From an uncultured Nitrospiraceae bacterium (GTDB lineage: Bacteria; Nitrospirota; Nitrospiria; Nitrospirales; Nitrospiraceae): a DNA stretch of 64,000 bases. Location: contig CAVSTP010000003.1 of NCBI GenBank assembly GCA_963730935.1, positions 704,001 through 768,000 of the forward strand, in the 5' to 3' direction. Position numbers and translations under genes: made by a program. Shown in pieces: positions 36,669 through 48,345 of the stretch. The notes under the pieces are model-generated. The model was given only the letters and a program-made list of their open reading frames with translations, made no database searches and was not told the DNA's origin. How positions within the stretch are numbered: the stretch's first letter is position 1; each line of letters starts with the position of its first letter.

Positions 36669-38996
36669 CTACTTGATGGCGACCGCTTTCACTTCTTTGA
36701 AGGTGGTCAGGCCCTGCAAGCACTTCTGGATGCCGTCCTGCATCAGGGTCGTCATCCCATCTTCCATGGCGGCTTTGACCATTTCTTCCGTCTTGGCTTT
36801 CGTCTGAATCAGCCGTTTCAGCTTGTCGGTCCCCAAGCACAATTCGTGCAGAGCCACTCGGCCTTTGAATCCCGTCCGGTTGCAGGTCTCACAGCCTTTC
36901 CCGCGCGAGAGCCGGAAGGCATTGTCCAGCGGGATGCCGAGCTTGTCCCACCCGTCCGGCCCGTAGCCTTGGCGGATTTCCTCATATTCTTCCTTTGTGC
37001 CCACATACTGCTCCTTGCAGTCCTTGCAGACCCTGCGCGCCAGGCGCTGGGCCATTACGCCGAGCATGGCATCGGCGAAGCTGAAGGAATCGCAGCCCAT
37101 GTCCAGCAAGCGGGTCACGGTTTCCACCGCGCTGTTGGTGTGCAGCGTGCTCAGCACGAGGTGGCCGGTGAGCGAGGCTTCAATGCCAATTTCGGCCGTT
37201 TCTTTATCGCGCATTTCTCCCACCATGATCACGTCCGGGTCGGCGCGGAGAAATGCCCGCATGGCCTTCGCAAAGGTGAAATCGATCTTGGGCTGTACCT
37301 GGACTTGTCTGAGCCCATATTGAGTGATTTCGACCGGATCTTCCGCCGTCCAAATCTTGATGTCGGGCGTGTTGATGAATCCCAGGACCGAATGCAGCGT
37401 CGTCGTTTTTCCGGAGCCAGTTGGGCCGACGCAGAGAATGATGCCGTAGGGCTTTTCGGCGATGTCCTTGATCGCCTTCAGATTGCGATCGGAAAAGCCC
37501 ATCTTGTCGAGCGGCAGTGGTTCGCTCGCCGCGAGAATACGCATCACCACGTCTTCGTTGTAGCCGGCGGTCGGAATCGTCGCGACACGAAGCTCGATTT
37601 CTCTGGTCTCGCTGAGTTTGAATTTGATCTTCCCGTCCTGCGGTTTTCTGCGCTCCGCAATGTCGAGGCTCGCCATGATCTTTAAGCGCGACACGATTGC
37701 CCGCCGATAGCTCTGCGGGATTTTCATGTATTCGAAACAGTCGCCATCGACCCGAAAGCGCACCAACGTTTCCCGTTTCTCACCATACGGCTCGATGTGG
37801 ATGTCCGAGGCGTTCTGCCGGTATGCATCGGCGATGATCTGGTTGGCCAGGCGGACGATCGCACTGTCGTTTTCGTCCAGGCCGCCGCCCATGCCTGATT
37901 CTTCCGCGGCTTCGGCCTGGGCTTCCGTGACCAACTCGCCCAGAATGTCGGAGACGTTTTCGTCCAGTTTGCGTCCGGCATTGCCATCGCCGGTGCCGGT
38001 GGCCGAATTCAAGAACTGGGCAATGTCCCGTCTCAGGCTGACCGCAAATCGGATATTGAGGCCGGGGAAGGTGCGTTTGATGTCCGCGACGCGGTCGAGA
38101 TCGCCTGGATCGTCCGTTAGGATCTCGATGGCCGTTCGGTCGCGCTTGAGCGGCATCCAATGATTCTTTTTTAGATAGTCGACATTGAGGTTTCTCAGCA
38201 GTTCGATATCGACGAGGGTGCGCTCGCTGTATTCGATGTAGGGACACTTGTGAAATTGCGCGATGGACCTGCCGATCTCCATCTTAGGCACTTTGTATTT
38301 TTCGATCAGAATGCCTTCGAGGTCCGAGGAAATGCTTTTGCGTGCCTCGGCGATGGCGTTGTCGAGCTCGTTTTGAGTGATTTTGCCGTTGGTCACGAGC
38401 ATGTCGAACTTGGTCGAGGCTTTCTTCGTTGTGACCTTCTTGAGATTGAAGAAGGCAATGCCCAGCGCCTTGGCGATTTCGGCGACCGATTCCTCGTCCT
38501 TCCGTGTGAAACGGAGTCCGCTTTTCTTGTTAAGCAGCTGCAGGACGCCCATAAGGTACTTATTGTCCGCGACGATCGGATACGTCAGGACCTGTTTGGT
38601 CTTGAATCCCGTGCGCTTATCGTAGGACGTATCATGACTGAGCGACGGATGGATGCCCTGCAGTTCCGCCGTGTTATAGGCGTCCGCAATGTTCACGGGC
38701 CGCAAGTATTTGGCGCAGAAGCCGGCCAGGCTCTGCTCGGTGATCGGGATGCGGACCTCCTCGATCGTATCGATGTGGGGGACCTTGTAGAAGATTTCTT
38801 TCTTGTCGGCGTCAAAGGCAAACAGGGTGAGGTCCTCGGCATCAAAGAGGCCCAGAATATCCTTGTGCAGGTCGAGCAGGATTTGGTCTAGATTGCTGGC
38901 CGCGTGGATTTGATTGGTGATCCGCTTGACATGTTCCGCGAATTCGACTTTTTGCTGAAGTTCCTGCAAGTTTTGCGTCGGAGGTTTGGCCTGCAT
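36669..38996 (-). CDS. GAF-domain GspE/PilB family ATPase
   Basis: N-terminal GAF; SDIHIEP, GPTGSGKT, LRADPD, Cys pairs. Confidence 0.93.
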   Translation of the reverse strand: MQAKPPTQNLQELQQKVEFAEHVKRITNQIHAASNLDQILLDLHKDILGLFDAEDLTLFAFDADKKEIFYKVPHIDTIEEVRIPITEQSLAGFCAKYLRPVNIADAYNTAELQGIHPSLSHDTSYDKRTGFKTKQVLTYPIVADNKYLMGVLQLLNKKSGLRFTRKDEESVAEIAKALGIAFFNLKKVTTKKASTKFDMLVTNGKITQNELDNAIAEARKSISSDLEGILIEKYKVPKMEIGRSIAQFHKCPYIEYSERTLVDIELLRNLNVDYLKKNHWMPLKRDRTAIEILTDDPGDLDRVADIKRTFPGLNIRFAVSLRRDIAQFLNSATGTGDGNAGRKLDENVSDILGELVTEAQAEAAEESGMGGGLDENDSAIVRLANQIIADAYRQNASDIHIEPYGEKRETLVRFRVDGDCFEYMKIPQSYRRAIVSRLKIMASLDIAERRKPQDGKIKFKLSETREIELRVATIPTAGYNEDVVMRILAASEPLPLDKMGFSDRNLKAIKDIAEKPYGIILCVGPTGSGKTTTLHSVLGFINTPDIKIWTAEDPVEITQYGLRQVQVQPKIDFTFAKAMRAFLRADPDVIMVGEMRDKETAEIGIEASLTGHLVLSTLHTNSAVETVTRLLDMGCDSFSFADAMLGVMAQRLARRVCKDCKEQYVGTKEEYEEIRQGYGPDGWDKLGIPLDNAFRLSRGKGCETCNRTGFKGRVALHELCLGTDKLKRLIQTKAKTEEMVKAAMEDGMTTLMQDGIQKCLQGLTTFKEVKAVAIK

Positions 38997-39184
38997 CTGT
39001 GCTCCTCTGAGGAACCGATCACACGATTGCGGTCATGCCGGTGGCTGTCCTACAGCCGCGGCGCAAAGATATTCTTTTTTGAGTCGAGACTCAGTCTAGC
39101 CCAACAGAGCGGGAAGGCAAGGAAAAGGCGCTTTCGCGATGAAGTCGCTTGGTGGCGGAAACGGCGCAGAATAAATGGTTGGAA

Positions 39185-40897
39185 TCAGGAGTCCGATCGT
39201 CCCGAAGAAGCCATGGCGAGAATGCCCTGCGGGACGTCGGTTGGAGGGAGTTTGGTCTTCACGCCGGTATTGCGGGATTTCACTTCCAGCAGGCCTTCGG
39301 CGAGGCCCTTATCGCCGACGATCACTTGATACGGTGCGCCGATCAAGTCGGCATCGTTGAATTTCACCCCTGCGCGCTCGTCCCGATCATCCCACAGGAC
39401 CTCGAGACCCACCGCTTCCAACGCCGTATAGAGCTTGGTGGCCGCATCGATCACGGTGGTAGATTGGCCGAGAGCGATGAGATGCACATGGAACGGCGCG
39501 ATGGGAAACGGCCATACGATCCCCTTGTCATCATGGTTCTGCTCGACCGCCGCCGCTGCCGTCCGGCCGATACCGATCCCGTAGCACCCCATGACCGCCA
39601 GGCATTCCTTCCCGTTGGGATCGAGGAACGAGGCACTCATGGCCTGGCTGTATTTGGTGCCGAGCATGAAGACGTGGCCCACCTCAATCCCCTTGGTGGT
39701 CTTCAGGACGCCGTCCTTCCGTGGCGAGGGATCCCCGGCCCGGGCGTTGCGCAGATCCGCGAATTGCTCCACGTGAAAATCGCGCGGACAGTTGACGTCG
39801 ACCAAATGCGTATCGAGTTGGTTCCCGCCGACGACGACGTTTGTGCTCGCCTTGACGGCATGATCGGCGACGATACGTACCTTCAACCCTACCGGCCCCG
39901 CGAAGCCCACCGGCGCGCCGGTCACTTTTTCCACAGTCGCGGGACCGGCCAGTTCCAGATCGGTCACGCCGAGCAGGCGCTTGAGCTTGATTTCGTTTGC
40001 GTCATGGTCGCCGCGGATCAAGACGGCCACGGTCTCAGAGCCCGTCGAATAGAGCAGGGTCTTGACCAGCTTGGATGCCTCGACCTTCAAAAACCTCGTC
40101 ACTTCCTCGACGGTTCGGCAGCCCGGAGTGTTGACGCTGCGCAGAGGGCGGAGCGCTTCCTTGCTCTCCTCATTCGGTGGCAGCACCTCGGCGCGTTCGA
40201 CGTTGGCCGCATAGGTGCCTGGTTCGCTGTAGACGACCGTTTCTTCTCCGGTGTCCGCGAGAACCATAAACTCGTGGGAGGACGTGCCTCCGATCAAGCC
40301 AGTGTCGGCTTCCACGGCCCTGAAGTTGAGCCCACAGCGGGCAAAAACGCGGTGATACGCGTCGTACATCTTCTGATAGCTCAGGCGCGCTCCTGCCTCG
40401 TCCCGGTCGAAGCTGTAGGCGTCTTTCATGATGAATTCGCGCCCGCGCATGAGTCCGAAGCGGGGCCGGATTTCGTCACGGAACTTCGTTTGAATCTGAT
40501 AGAAATTCAGCGGCAGTTGCCGGTAAGAGCGGACTTCACGGCGGAACAAATCCGTGATGACCTCCTCGTGAGTCGGGCCAAGGCAAAAGTCGCGTTCGTG
40601 CCGGTCCTTGAAGCGAATCAGTTCCTTGCCGTAGTAATCCCAGCGGCCGGTTTCCCTCCACAATTCCGCGGGGGAGGCAATCGGCATCAACAGTTCCTGG
40701 GCGCCAGCCCGGTTCATTTCTTCCCGGACGATCTGTTCCACTTTGCGGATGATCCTCAGACCCAGTGGGAGATAGGTATAGATGCCGGCGGCCACCTTGC
40801 GAATCAGTCCAGCGCGAAGCATTAGCCGGTGGCTAACGGTTTCGGCTTCCCCGGGATCTTCCCGCAGGGTGGGGAGAAGGAGTTGAGACGTGCGCAT
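39185..40897 (-). CDS. proS: Proline--tRNA ligase
   Basis: [19 protein letters not shown] domain, MGCYGIG. Confidence 0.97.
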   Translation of the reverse strand: MRTSQLLLPTLREDPGEAETVSHRLMLRAGLIRKVAAGIYTYLPLGLRIIRKVEQIVREEMNRAGAQELLMPIASPAELWRETGRWDYYGKELIRFKDRHERDFCLGPTHEEVITDLFRREVRSYRQLPLNFYQIQTKFRDEIRPRFGLMRGREFIMKDAYSFDRDEAGARLSYQKMYDAYHRVFARCGLNFRAVEADTGLIGGTSSHEFMVLADTGEETVVYSEPGTYAANVERAEVLPPNEESKEALRPLRSVNTPGCRTVEEVTRFLKVEASKLVKTLLYSTGSETVAVLIRGDHDANEIKLKRLLGVTDLELAGPATVEKVTGAPVGFAGPVGLKVRIVADHAVKASTNVVVGGNQLDTHLVDVNCPRDFHVEQFADLRNARAGDPSPRKDGVLKTTKGIEVGHVFMLGTKYSQAMSASFLDPNGKECLAVMGCYGIGIGRTAAAAVEQNHDDKGIVWPFPIAPFHVHLIALGQSTTVIDAATKLYTALEAVGLEVLWDDRDERAGVKFNDADLIGAPYQVIVGDKGLAEGLLEVKSRNTGVKTKLPPTDVPQGILAMASSGRSDS

Positions 40898-40903
40898 GAA
40901 GCG

Positions 40904-42301
40904 TCAGTGGGAGAAGAAGATCCGTTCGAGGTCGTTCCAAAAAGCAAAGATCATGACGCCTACGAGAAGGACCAATCCGACCTGCTGCGCCAATTCTCGC
41001 TGCCGTTCGCCCAACGGCTTGCGCAGGATGCCCTCGATCAGGAAGAAAAGCAAGTGGCCGCCGTCGAGGATCGGAATGGGCAGGAGATTCAACACACCCA
41101 GGTTGATGCTCAGCAGCGCAATAAGGAAGATCACATTGGCCGGGCCTTGCGCAGCGGCTTCGCCGGAAATCTTGGCGATCGTCAAGGGGCCGCCGATGTT
41201 CTTGCTCGAGATATCGCCCACGATCATCTTGTACAGACCCACGACGGTCAACTCGGTCCACTTATAGGTGGCTTCCAGGCCGTTATAGATCGCGGCCAGC
41301 GGAGTCGCGGATCGCATCAGCGAGCGGTCTGGTCCCGCGATACCAATTTTGCCGATCTGCACCGTCTGGCCGTTCACTGTCGTGCTTTCTGCGACAGGCG
41401 TGACCGACAGAGAGACCCGATGACCGTCGCGCAAGACGTCCACCTGGAGGGTTTTCCCCGGATTGTCTTTCACCAGGCTCGTCATCTGCGTCCAGGTATG
41501 GATGGGGGTGCCGTCGATTGACAGGACCCGATCGCCTTCCTTGAAGCCTGCAGTCGCCGCTGGTTTGCCGGGCACCACTTCGTTGACGACGGGAGGAATC
41601 TCCTCGATGCCGAGATAGTAGCCTGCCTCCTCGCCCTTATGGGCCGGTCCAGGCGCCGGAATCGGCGTCACGGTCAGGGTTTCAAGGCGGCCGTCCCGCA
41701 ACACTTCCAGCGCGAGCGGGGCGCCCTTTCCTTTGGCGGCGGCGTCGAGCAGTTCCACGCGGGTCGCAATGTCGCGGCCGTCGATCTTCTTGATTTGGTC
41801 GCCAACCATCAGCCCGGCCTTTGCGGCCGGGGAGTCGGGTGCCACCGCTTCCAGAACCGGCGCGATATCCTTGAACGACGGCACCGGCAGCGTATAGCCG
41901 GTGGCGAGCCAAGCCGCAAAGATGAGATAGGCAAGAATGAAATTGAACCCGGGCCCGGCGGAGACGATCAGCACCTTGCCCCACAGATTCTGATGGATGA
42001 AGGACCGTCTTCGATCCTCGGGAGTAATCGCCTCCGCCTCATCTTCGCCGAAGAGCTTGACGTAGCCGCCCAATGGGATGGCAGAGACCAGATACTCCGT
42101 TTCTCCGACTTGCCGCCCAAAGAGCTTCGGTCCGAACCCCAGGGAAAACTTCAACACCTTTACGCCGACCCAGCGCGCGGCGAGGAAATGGCCGAGTTCA
42201 TGAAAGGCGACGAGTACCCCGAGCACGACGAGAAACCACCAGGTCTTCTGCAACAGGAGCCAGAGACTATCGGGCGACAAGGTCCAGGCGAAAAAGGTCA
42301 T
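40904..42301 (-). CDS. rseP: RIP metalloprotease
   Basis: HELGH, two PDZ domains, NLLPIPILDGG. Confidence 0.96.
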   Translation of the reverse strand: MTFFAWTLSPDSLWLLLQKTWWFLVVLGVLVAFHELGHFLAARWVGVKVLKFSLGFGPKLFGRQVGETEYLVSAIPLGGYVKLFGEDEAEAITPEDRRRSFIHQNLWGKVLIVSAGPGFNFILAYLIFAAWLATGYTLPVPSFKDIAPVLEAVAPDSPAAKAGLMVGDQIKKIDGRDIATRVELLDAAAKGKGAPLALEVLRDGRLETLTVTPIPAPGPAHKGEEAGYYLGIEEIPPVVNEVVPGKPAATAGFKEGDRVLSIDGTPIHTWTQMTSLVKDNPGKTLQVDVLRDGHRVSLSVTPVAESTTVNGQTVQIGKIGIAGPDRSLMRSATPLAAIYNGLEATYKWTELTVVGLYKMIVGDISSKNIGGPLTIAKISGEAAAQGPANVIFLIALLSINLGVLNLLPIPILDGGHLLFFLIEGILRKPLGERQRELAQQVGLVLLVGVMIFAFWNDLERIFFSH

Positions 42302-42352
42302 GGTTCATACTCGATGGTGAAGGTTTGCAATGGTCACGGCTTGTATACTTTC

Positions 42353-43513
42353 TCAGCGGGCCAACGTATGGACCAGCGAGTCGGCCTTCTCCCGCGCCCA
42401 CCGGTCGGCTTCCAAGGCCGCTTCCACCGAGAGGACGGGCTGTGGGGTATGAGCCTGCATGGTGCTCTGGATGATATCAGAAATATCGGTAAAACGGATG
42501 CCGCCGTTGAGAAACGCGTCAACGGCGATTTCGTTGGCGGCATTCATCGCGGCAGGCATCGTCCCGCCGATCCGCAGCGATTCATATCCCAATCGCAGGC
42601 ATGGGAAGCGATCATGGTCAGGCTTGCAGAACGTCAGAGTGCCGATCTCGGTCAGGTCCAATGAGGGCAAATCGAGCGGCAGCCGGTCCGGGTAGCGCAT
42701 CGCGTACGAGATGGGCGTCCGCATGTCCGGCAATCCGAGTTGTGAAATCATGGATCGGTCTTCGTATTCTACCAGAGAGTGGATGATGCTCTCCCGATGA
42801 ATCAGCACGTCGATGCGTGATTCCGGGATGTCGAACAGCCAGCGGGCTTCCACCACTTCAAGTCCCTTGTTCATCAACGTGGCAGAATCGATCGTGATTT
42901 TCGCGCCCATTTTCCAGTTCGGGTGCTGCAATGCGCGCTCCGGTGTGACGTCAGGGAGCGCCTCTTTCGGCAAGTTCCACAGCGCGCCTCCGGACGCCGT
43001 CAGGATCAAGCGGCGGACATCCTTGATGCGGTGCCCCTCCAGCGATTGAAAGATCGCGCTGTGCTCGCTGTCGACGGGAAAGATTCTGACGCCTGCGCGT
43101 CGCGCTTCCTCCTGCATCAGCTGGCCTGCCATCACCATCGGTTCCTTGTTCGCCAGCGCGATGTGCTTCTTGCCGCGAATCGCTGCGAGCGTCGGCACGA
43201 GCCCCGCGCCGCCGACGATGGCCGACACCACCAGTTCGGCGTCAGGAAGCGAGGCGACTCTGGCGAGGCCCTCTTGACCGCTGACGATCTCGGTCGGCAG
43301 TCCCGAACAACGCTCTCTGAGCCTGACCGCCGCGGCTTCCGTGGACATGGCGACGGCCTGCGGCCGGAAGCGGCGGACCTGCTCAGCCAGCCTCTCGTCG
43401 TTATTGCCGGCCGTCAGGCCGACGACGCGAAACTCGTCGGGGAACCGCTCGACGATGTCGAGCGTGTTGGTGCCGATGGATCCGGTCGAGCCGAGGATGA
43501 CGATCGATTTCAT
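42353..43513 (-). CDS. dxr: 1-deoxy-D-xylulose-5-phosphate reductoisomerase
   Basis: LGSTGSIG, LANKE, PVDSEH, MNKGLE. Confidence 0.97.
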   Translation of the reverse strand: MKSIVILGSTGSIGTNTLDIVERFPDEFRVVGLTAGNNDERLAEQVRRFRPQAVAMSTEAAAVRLRERCSGLPTEIVSGQEGLARVASLPDAELVVSAIVGGAGLVPTLAAIRGKKHIALANKEPMVMAGQLMQEEARRAGVRIFPVDSEHSAIFQSLEGHRIKDVRRLILTASGGALWNLPKEALPDVTPERALQHPNWKMGAKITIDSATLMNKGLEVVEARWLFDIPESRIDVLIHRESIIHSLVEYEDRSMISQLGLPDMRTPISYAMRYPDRLPLDLPSLDLTEIGTLTFCKPDHDRFPCLRLGYESLRIGGTMPAAMNAANEIAVDAFLNGGIRFTDISDIIQSTMQAHTPQPVLSVEAALEADRWAREKADSLVHTLAR

Positions 43514-43523
43514 AAGCGGGTCC

Positions 43524-44399
43524 TCAAGGGTGAGGGGCGACTCGTCCCATGAACGCTACATAGTAGTAGAAGGCAGGTGCGGTGAACAAGAGACTGTCCA
43601 ACCGGTCGAGCATCCCGCCATGGCCTGGGAGCAGACCTCCGGAATCCTTCACGCCGACGCCGCGTTTGATGGCCGATTCCACAAGGTCCCCCCACAAGCC
43701 GGCGAGCGTGAGAAAGACGGCCAGGACCAGGGTATCGAGATTGGAGAATTCCGGCACGAACGTCCAGCGCGCGACAAATGCCACGATGGTTGCGCCGATG
43801 AGTCCTCCCACCAATCCCTCGACCGTTTTCTTCGGACTGATTCTGGGCGCGATCGCACGCTGTCCGTACAAGGTTCCCACGTAGTACGCTCCCGTATCGG
43901 CCGCCCAGGTCACCAGCAGGAGAAAAAACAGGAGCGATTCTCCCTCCGGCCGGAGCCGGACCAAGACCAGATAGCTGAGGGTGAGACCGACGTAGAGCAT
44001 TCCCGTCAACACGATGGCTCCCTGCCTGAGACTCTCCAGCAGGGGGACCTCGACCAGCAGCGGAATCGAGAGGATGGCGATGACCGCGACGAGCAATCCC
44101 GTCTGTACAAGGGCGGGGTAATGCGGTCCGACGATCAACCCAGCGCAGCCCAGCAGGCCCACGCCGACAGCCAGGGGCCGGGAGGAGTCCTGAAAGCAGA
44201 GTCGGTAGAGTTCCATGAGGGACAGGCAGCCGGCGAGGGCTACGATGCCGGTGAAGGCGATGGGAGGAAGATACCGGATGGCGCCATACAAGAGCGGAAC
44301 GACCAGCAACACAGTGTAGATCCGGCGGGGATCGAAGCGAGCCCGCGTCTTGTGGACGGTTTTCGCCGGTTCTTGATTCGTCGATCCGCACTCGAGCAT
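43524..44399 (-). CDS. cdsA: Phosphatidate cytidylyltransferase
   Basis: SPKKTVEG, KDSG..PGHGG.LDR.D; start uncertain. Confidence 0.94.
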   Translation of the reverse strand: MLECGSTNQEPAKTVHKTRARFDPRRIYTVLLVVPLLYGAIRYLPPIAFTGIVALAGCLSLMELYRLCFQDSSRPLAVGVGLLGCAGLIVGPHYPALVQTGLLVAVIAILSIPLLVEVPLLESLRQGAIVLTGMLYVGLTLSYLVLVRLRPEGESLLFFLLLVTWAADTGAYYVGTLYGQRAIAPRISPKKTVEGLVGGLIGATIVAFVARWTFVPEFSNLDTLVLAVFLTLAGLWGDLVESAIKRGVGVKDSGGLLPGHGGMLDRLDSLLFTAPAFYYYVAFMGRVAPHP

Positions 44400-44419
44400 G
44401 TCGGTGGTTCCTGGGCGGA

Positions 44420-45205
44420 CTATGAAGACAGGCTGCTGAAGACGCGGCCGAAGCGTCGTTCCCGCCGTTGAAATTCGAGCAGGGCCAGCAACAGCTCACG
44501 CCGCCTGAAGTCCGGCCAGAGCGTCGGGGTAAAATAGAGCTCTGTATAAGCCAGCTGCCAGAGGAGAAAATTACTGATGCGCGTCTCGCCGCTGGTGCGG
44601 ATGAGCAGATCGGGGTCGGGCAAGTCGTGCGTGTACAGGTACTGTTGAACGTGGAGTTCGTCGATATCCTCCGCCTGAAGCTTCCCGTCCTGAGCGTCGC
44701 GTACCAGTCCTCTGACGGCGTCCACGATCTCTGAACGCCCTCCATAGCTCAGCGCGACCGTGAGATGCAGCTTGTCGAGGTGCGCCGTCTCCTGTTCGGC
44801 CGCCCGTACCCACTGAAGGGCGGAAGCAGGAAGCGCATCGGTACGACCAATCGTGCGGAACCGCACGCCCTGTTCGATCAACTTGTTGCGTTCGGTTGAA
44901 AGGTAGTGCTCGAGCAGTCCCATGAGGCCGTCGATCTCCGTCGTCGGACGGTTCCAGTTTTCCTGCGAGAATGCGTAAATCGTGAGGGCCCGGATGCCGA
45001 GTTCCAGGCATAGCGAAATGGTGTCGCGAACGGACTTGATGCCCTCGCGATGTCCGGCAATCCGTGGCAGACTCCGTGCCTCGGCCCACCGCCCGTTGCC
45101 ATCCATGATAATGGCGAGATGCTTGGGGAGCAGGTCAGGATCGAGTTTTGCCGTCAGTTCTGTGTCCGACAGGTGGTCAAGTCTAGAAGGTAATCGAGTG
45201 TCCAT
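44420..45205 (-). CDS. uppS: Undecaprenyl diphosphate synthase
   Basis: IMDGNGRW, FSQENW, RTSGE.RISNF. Confidence 0.96.
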   Translation of the reverse strand: MDTRLPSRLDHLSDTELTAKLDPDLLPKHLAIIMDGNGRWAEARSLPRIAGHREGIKSVRDTISLCLELGIRALTIYAFSQENWNRPTTEIDGLMGLLEHYLSTERNKLIEQGVRFRTIGRTDALPASALQWVRAAEQETAHLDKLHLTVALSYGGRSEIVDAVRGLVRDAQDGKLQAEDIDELHVQQYLYTHDLPDPDLLIRTSGETRISNFLLWQLAYTELYFTPTLWPDFRRRELLLALLEFQRRERRFGRVFSSLSS

Positions 45206-45414
45206 GAGTGCCGGTCTGGCAGCGATCCTTTCACATGAAGCGCGTATGGCAGGTGAGGAAAGTCTACTGACGGTCCTGGCGAAAGTCAAACGATATTTCC
45301 TAAATCCTTTGCAAAAGCGAAGAGTTGGAAGCGCTCGCATTGCGCCTCGAAAAATGAATCGGCTATACTCTGCCTTCTCGCGTATATCAACTATTTTATA
45401 AGGAATTTTCAACG

Positions 45415-46848
45415 ATGGGACAACTCATTCCCTTGGATTCGTTCGGGGTCACAGAGCATGACGTGCTGGAGGCCTTGGGGCGAGTGAAGGTCCGCGACGT
45501 GGATTACGCGGACCTCTACTTCGAATCCTGCATTTCGGAATCCGTCTCGATGGAAGAATCGCTCGTGAAGCGAGCGACGAAGAGTATTTCTCAGGGGGTG
45601 GGGGTACGCGCCACCGCCGGAGAAAAAACCGGTTTTGCCTACTCCGATGATCTGACCCGACGCGACCTCGAACTCGCCGCCGATACGGCCCGGTATATCG
45701 CCAACTCACCAGGAGGGTCCCAGCCTGTCCCTGTCCCGGTCCATTCCAGGCCGGCAAGAGATCTCTACCCGGTCCCCCACGAACAAGCGGATGTCGCCAC
45801 GGCGGACCGCGTCGCGCTGTTGAACCGCATCGATGCGGAGGCGAGACGTTATGACCCTCGCATCAAAAATGTCATGGCCTCTTTTAATACGGAATACAAG
45901 ATTGTGATGGTGGCGACATCGGACGGCACGTTGATCGGCGACGTGCAGCCCCTGTCCCGCTTGCAAGTGACCTGTATTGCCGAGGATGGTGGAAATCGCC
46001 AGATCGGATCCTTTGGCGGAGGCGGTCGCATCGGCTTCGACTTTTACCGCCAAGGGGACCGTTATCTCAATTACGCAAAGGAGGCCGCCCGTATTGCGAT
46101 TCTCAACCTGTCAGCGGTCGATGCGCCGGCTGGCGTCATGCCGGTTGTTCTAGGGGGCGGGTGGCCTGGAATTCTTTTGCACGAAGCGATCGGCCATGGA
46201 CTCGAAGCGGATTTCAACCGGAAAAAGACCTCTGCCTTCTCGAATCTTCTGGGTAAACGAGTCGCCTCCGATGTCTGTACGATCGTGGACGACGGCACAT
46301 TGCCGGACCGGCGCGGATCGCTCAACATGGATGACGAAGGCACGGCGACCGCTCGTACCACGCTCATCGAGAAAGGGATCTTGCGCGGCTATATCACCGA
46401 CAAGTTGAATGCGCGTCTCCTGGGCATTCCTCTGACAGGGAATGGAAGGCGAGAAAGCTATCAGAGCATCGTCCTGCCTCGCATGACGAATACGTTCATG
46501 CTGGCCGGGGAGTCGAATCCAGAGGACATCATTAAATCGGTCAACAGGGGTCTCTACGCCGTGTCGTTCGGAGGAGGCCAGGTCGATATCACGAACGGCA
46601 AGTTTGTGTTCTCGGCCAGCGAAGCGTATTTGATCGAAGACGGAAAGGTGACCAAACCGGTCAAAGGAGCAACATTGATTGGGAGCGGGCCGGATATTCT
46701 GACGAAGGTCTCGATGGTCGGCCATGATTTGAAGCTGGACGAGGGCATCGGGACCTGCGGTAAGGAAGGACAATCCGTGCCGGTCGGCGTCGGATTGCCG
46801 ACGATACGAATCGATGAAATTACCGTCGGCGGCACCCAGGCGGGATGA
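45415..46848 (+). CDS. tldD: Metalloprotease TldD
   Basis: HEAIGHGLE, CGKEGQ. Confidence 0.95.
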   Translation: MGQLIPLDSFGVTEHDVLEALGRVKVRDVDYADLYFESCISESVSMEESLVKRATKSISQGVGVRATAGEKTGFAYSDDLTRRDLELAADTARYIANSPGGSQPVPVPVHSRPARDLYPVPHEQADVATADRVALLNRIDAEARRYDPRIKNVMASFNTEYKIVMVATSDGTLIGDVQPLSRLQVTCIAEDGGNRQIGSFGGGGRIGFDFYRQGDRYLNYAKEAARIAILNLSAVDAPAGVMPVVLGGGWPGILLHEAIGHGLEADFNRKKTSAFSNLLGKRVASDVCTIVDDGTLPDRRGSLNMDDEGTATARTTLIEKGILRGYITDKLNARLLGIPLTGNGRRESYQSIVLPRMTNTFMLAGESNPEDIIKSVNRGLYAVSFGGGQVDITNGKFVFSASEAYLIEDGKVTKPVKGATLIGSGPDILTKVSMVGHDLKLDEGIGTCGKEGQSVPVGVGLPTIRIDEITVGGTQAG

Positions 46849-46861
46849 AGGACGAATCACC

Positions 46862-48250
46862 ATGAGTGAAACACGAGAGCCTAGTCGATCACTCCAGCCG
46901 ACAAACGGCCATCTGTCGCAACTGGCCTCTGACGTGCTCGCCATGGCCAAGAAACATGGCGCGACGGAAGCCGACGTGGTCGTGGCCGACGGCGAAAATC
47001 TCTCCGTTCAAATCCGTCTGGGATCTGTCGATCGGCTTTCAAAGGCTCGGGAAAAACGGTTGGGGCTGCGCATTTTCGTCGGCAAGCGGTCCGCCACCTC
47101 GTCCACCTCTGACTTTTCATCTGAATCCCTACGACGGCTGGTGTCGGAAACCTGTACGCTGGCCAAGGCTGTCGTCGAAGATCCCGTCTCCGGCTTGCCC
47201 GGCACTGATCAACTGGCGACGGACCAACCGGACCTCGATCTGCATGACGAGACCCGGCTGGATACGGATCGACAGATCGATTTGGCCAAGCGGGCGGAGG
47301 CCGCGGCATTGGCCAGCGACGACCGCATTACCAACTCAGAAGGAGCAGATTTCGACTCTTCCTGGGGGCGTGTAGTGCTGGGGAACAGCCACGGATTTAT
47401 CGGAGACTACCGCAGTTCCAGCTATTCGCTGGCCGTGTCGCCGATCGCCGTCGATCCGGTCTCAGGCAGTATGCAACGCGATGCATGGTACGACGTGCGG
47501 CGAAAATTTCACAAGCTCGACGCGCCGGAGGCCATTGGCCGTGAAGCCGCCAAGCGGACGGTCAGACGGTTGGGCGCACGCAAAGTGGGGACCAAACGGG
47601 TGCCGGTCGTGTTCGATCAGGAAACTGCCGGGAGCCTGCTCGGCAATTTGTGCAGCGCTGTGTCGGGGTATGCCCTCTATAAAGGGGCATCCTTTCTGGG
47701 TGGACAGTTGGGAAAACGGCTGGCACCCGACTGGTTCAGCGTGTATGACGATGGCCGGATAGTCGGGGGACTTGGCTCGCGCCCGTTCGATGGGGAAGGA
47801 CTGCCGACGAGAAAAAACACGGTCGTCGACAAGGGGGTGCTCACCAGCTATCTGCTTGATACCTATTCCGGGAAAAAGTTGGGATTGCCATCGAGCGGCA
47901 ATGCCTCAAGAAGCGTGGGAGAAAGTCCCTCGGTCGGTCCGACGAATTTCTACCTCACTCCTGGGACCTGCTCGCCGGAGGACATGATCCGCGGTATCAA
48001 GGACGGCCTGTACGTAACGGAACTGATCGGCTTCGGGATCAATATGGTGACCGGAGACTATTCCCGGGGGGCAGGCGGATTTTGGATCGAAAATGGTGAA
48101 CTGGCCTATCCAGTGGAGGAAATTACCATCGCGGGGAACTTGAAACAGATGTTCCGCGACATCGAAATTGTCGGCAGTGATCTCGTCTTCCGAGGGCGGA
48201 TTGCCAGTCCGACCTTGAAGATCGCGGAAATGATGGTGGCGGGGGATTGA
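46862..48250 (+). CDS. pmbA: TldE/PmbA
   Basis: FDGEG, TGDYSRG; follows tldD. Confidence 0.93.
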   Translation: MSETREPSRSLQPTNGHLSQLASDVLAMAKKHGATEADVVVADGENLSVQIRLGSVDRLSKAREKRLGLRIFVGKRSATSSTSDFSSESLRRLVSETCTLAKAVVEDPVSGLPGTDQLATDQPDLDLHDETRLDTDRQIDLAKRAEAAALASDDRITNSEGADFDSSWGRVVLGNSHGFIGDYRSSSYSLAVSPIAVDPVSGSMQRDAWYDVRRKFHKLDAPEAIGREAAKRTVRRLGARKVGTKRVPVVFDQETAGSLLGNLCSAVSGYALYKGASFLGGQLGKRLAPDWFSVYDDGRIVGGLGSRPFDGEGLPTRKNTVVDKGVLTSYLLDTYSGKKLGLPSSGNASRSVGESPSVGPTNFYLTPGTCSPEDMIRGIKDGLYVTELIGFGINMVTGDYSRGAGGFWIENGELAYPVEEITIAGNLKQMFRDIEIVGSDLVFRGRIASPTLKIAEMMVAGD

Positions 48251-48345
48251 CGGGGAGACCTCCATATCTGTATCGGGCGCTGCGAGCCGCGACGCTGACT
48301 GCGGCCATGACGGCGATGGCCGTTTCAACCCGAGGGGAGGGCAAC

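Noticed and set aside
39149..40825. 558-aa plus-strand ORF
   Set aside because: Antisense shadow of proS in GC-rich DNA.
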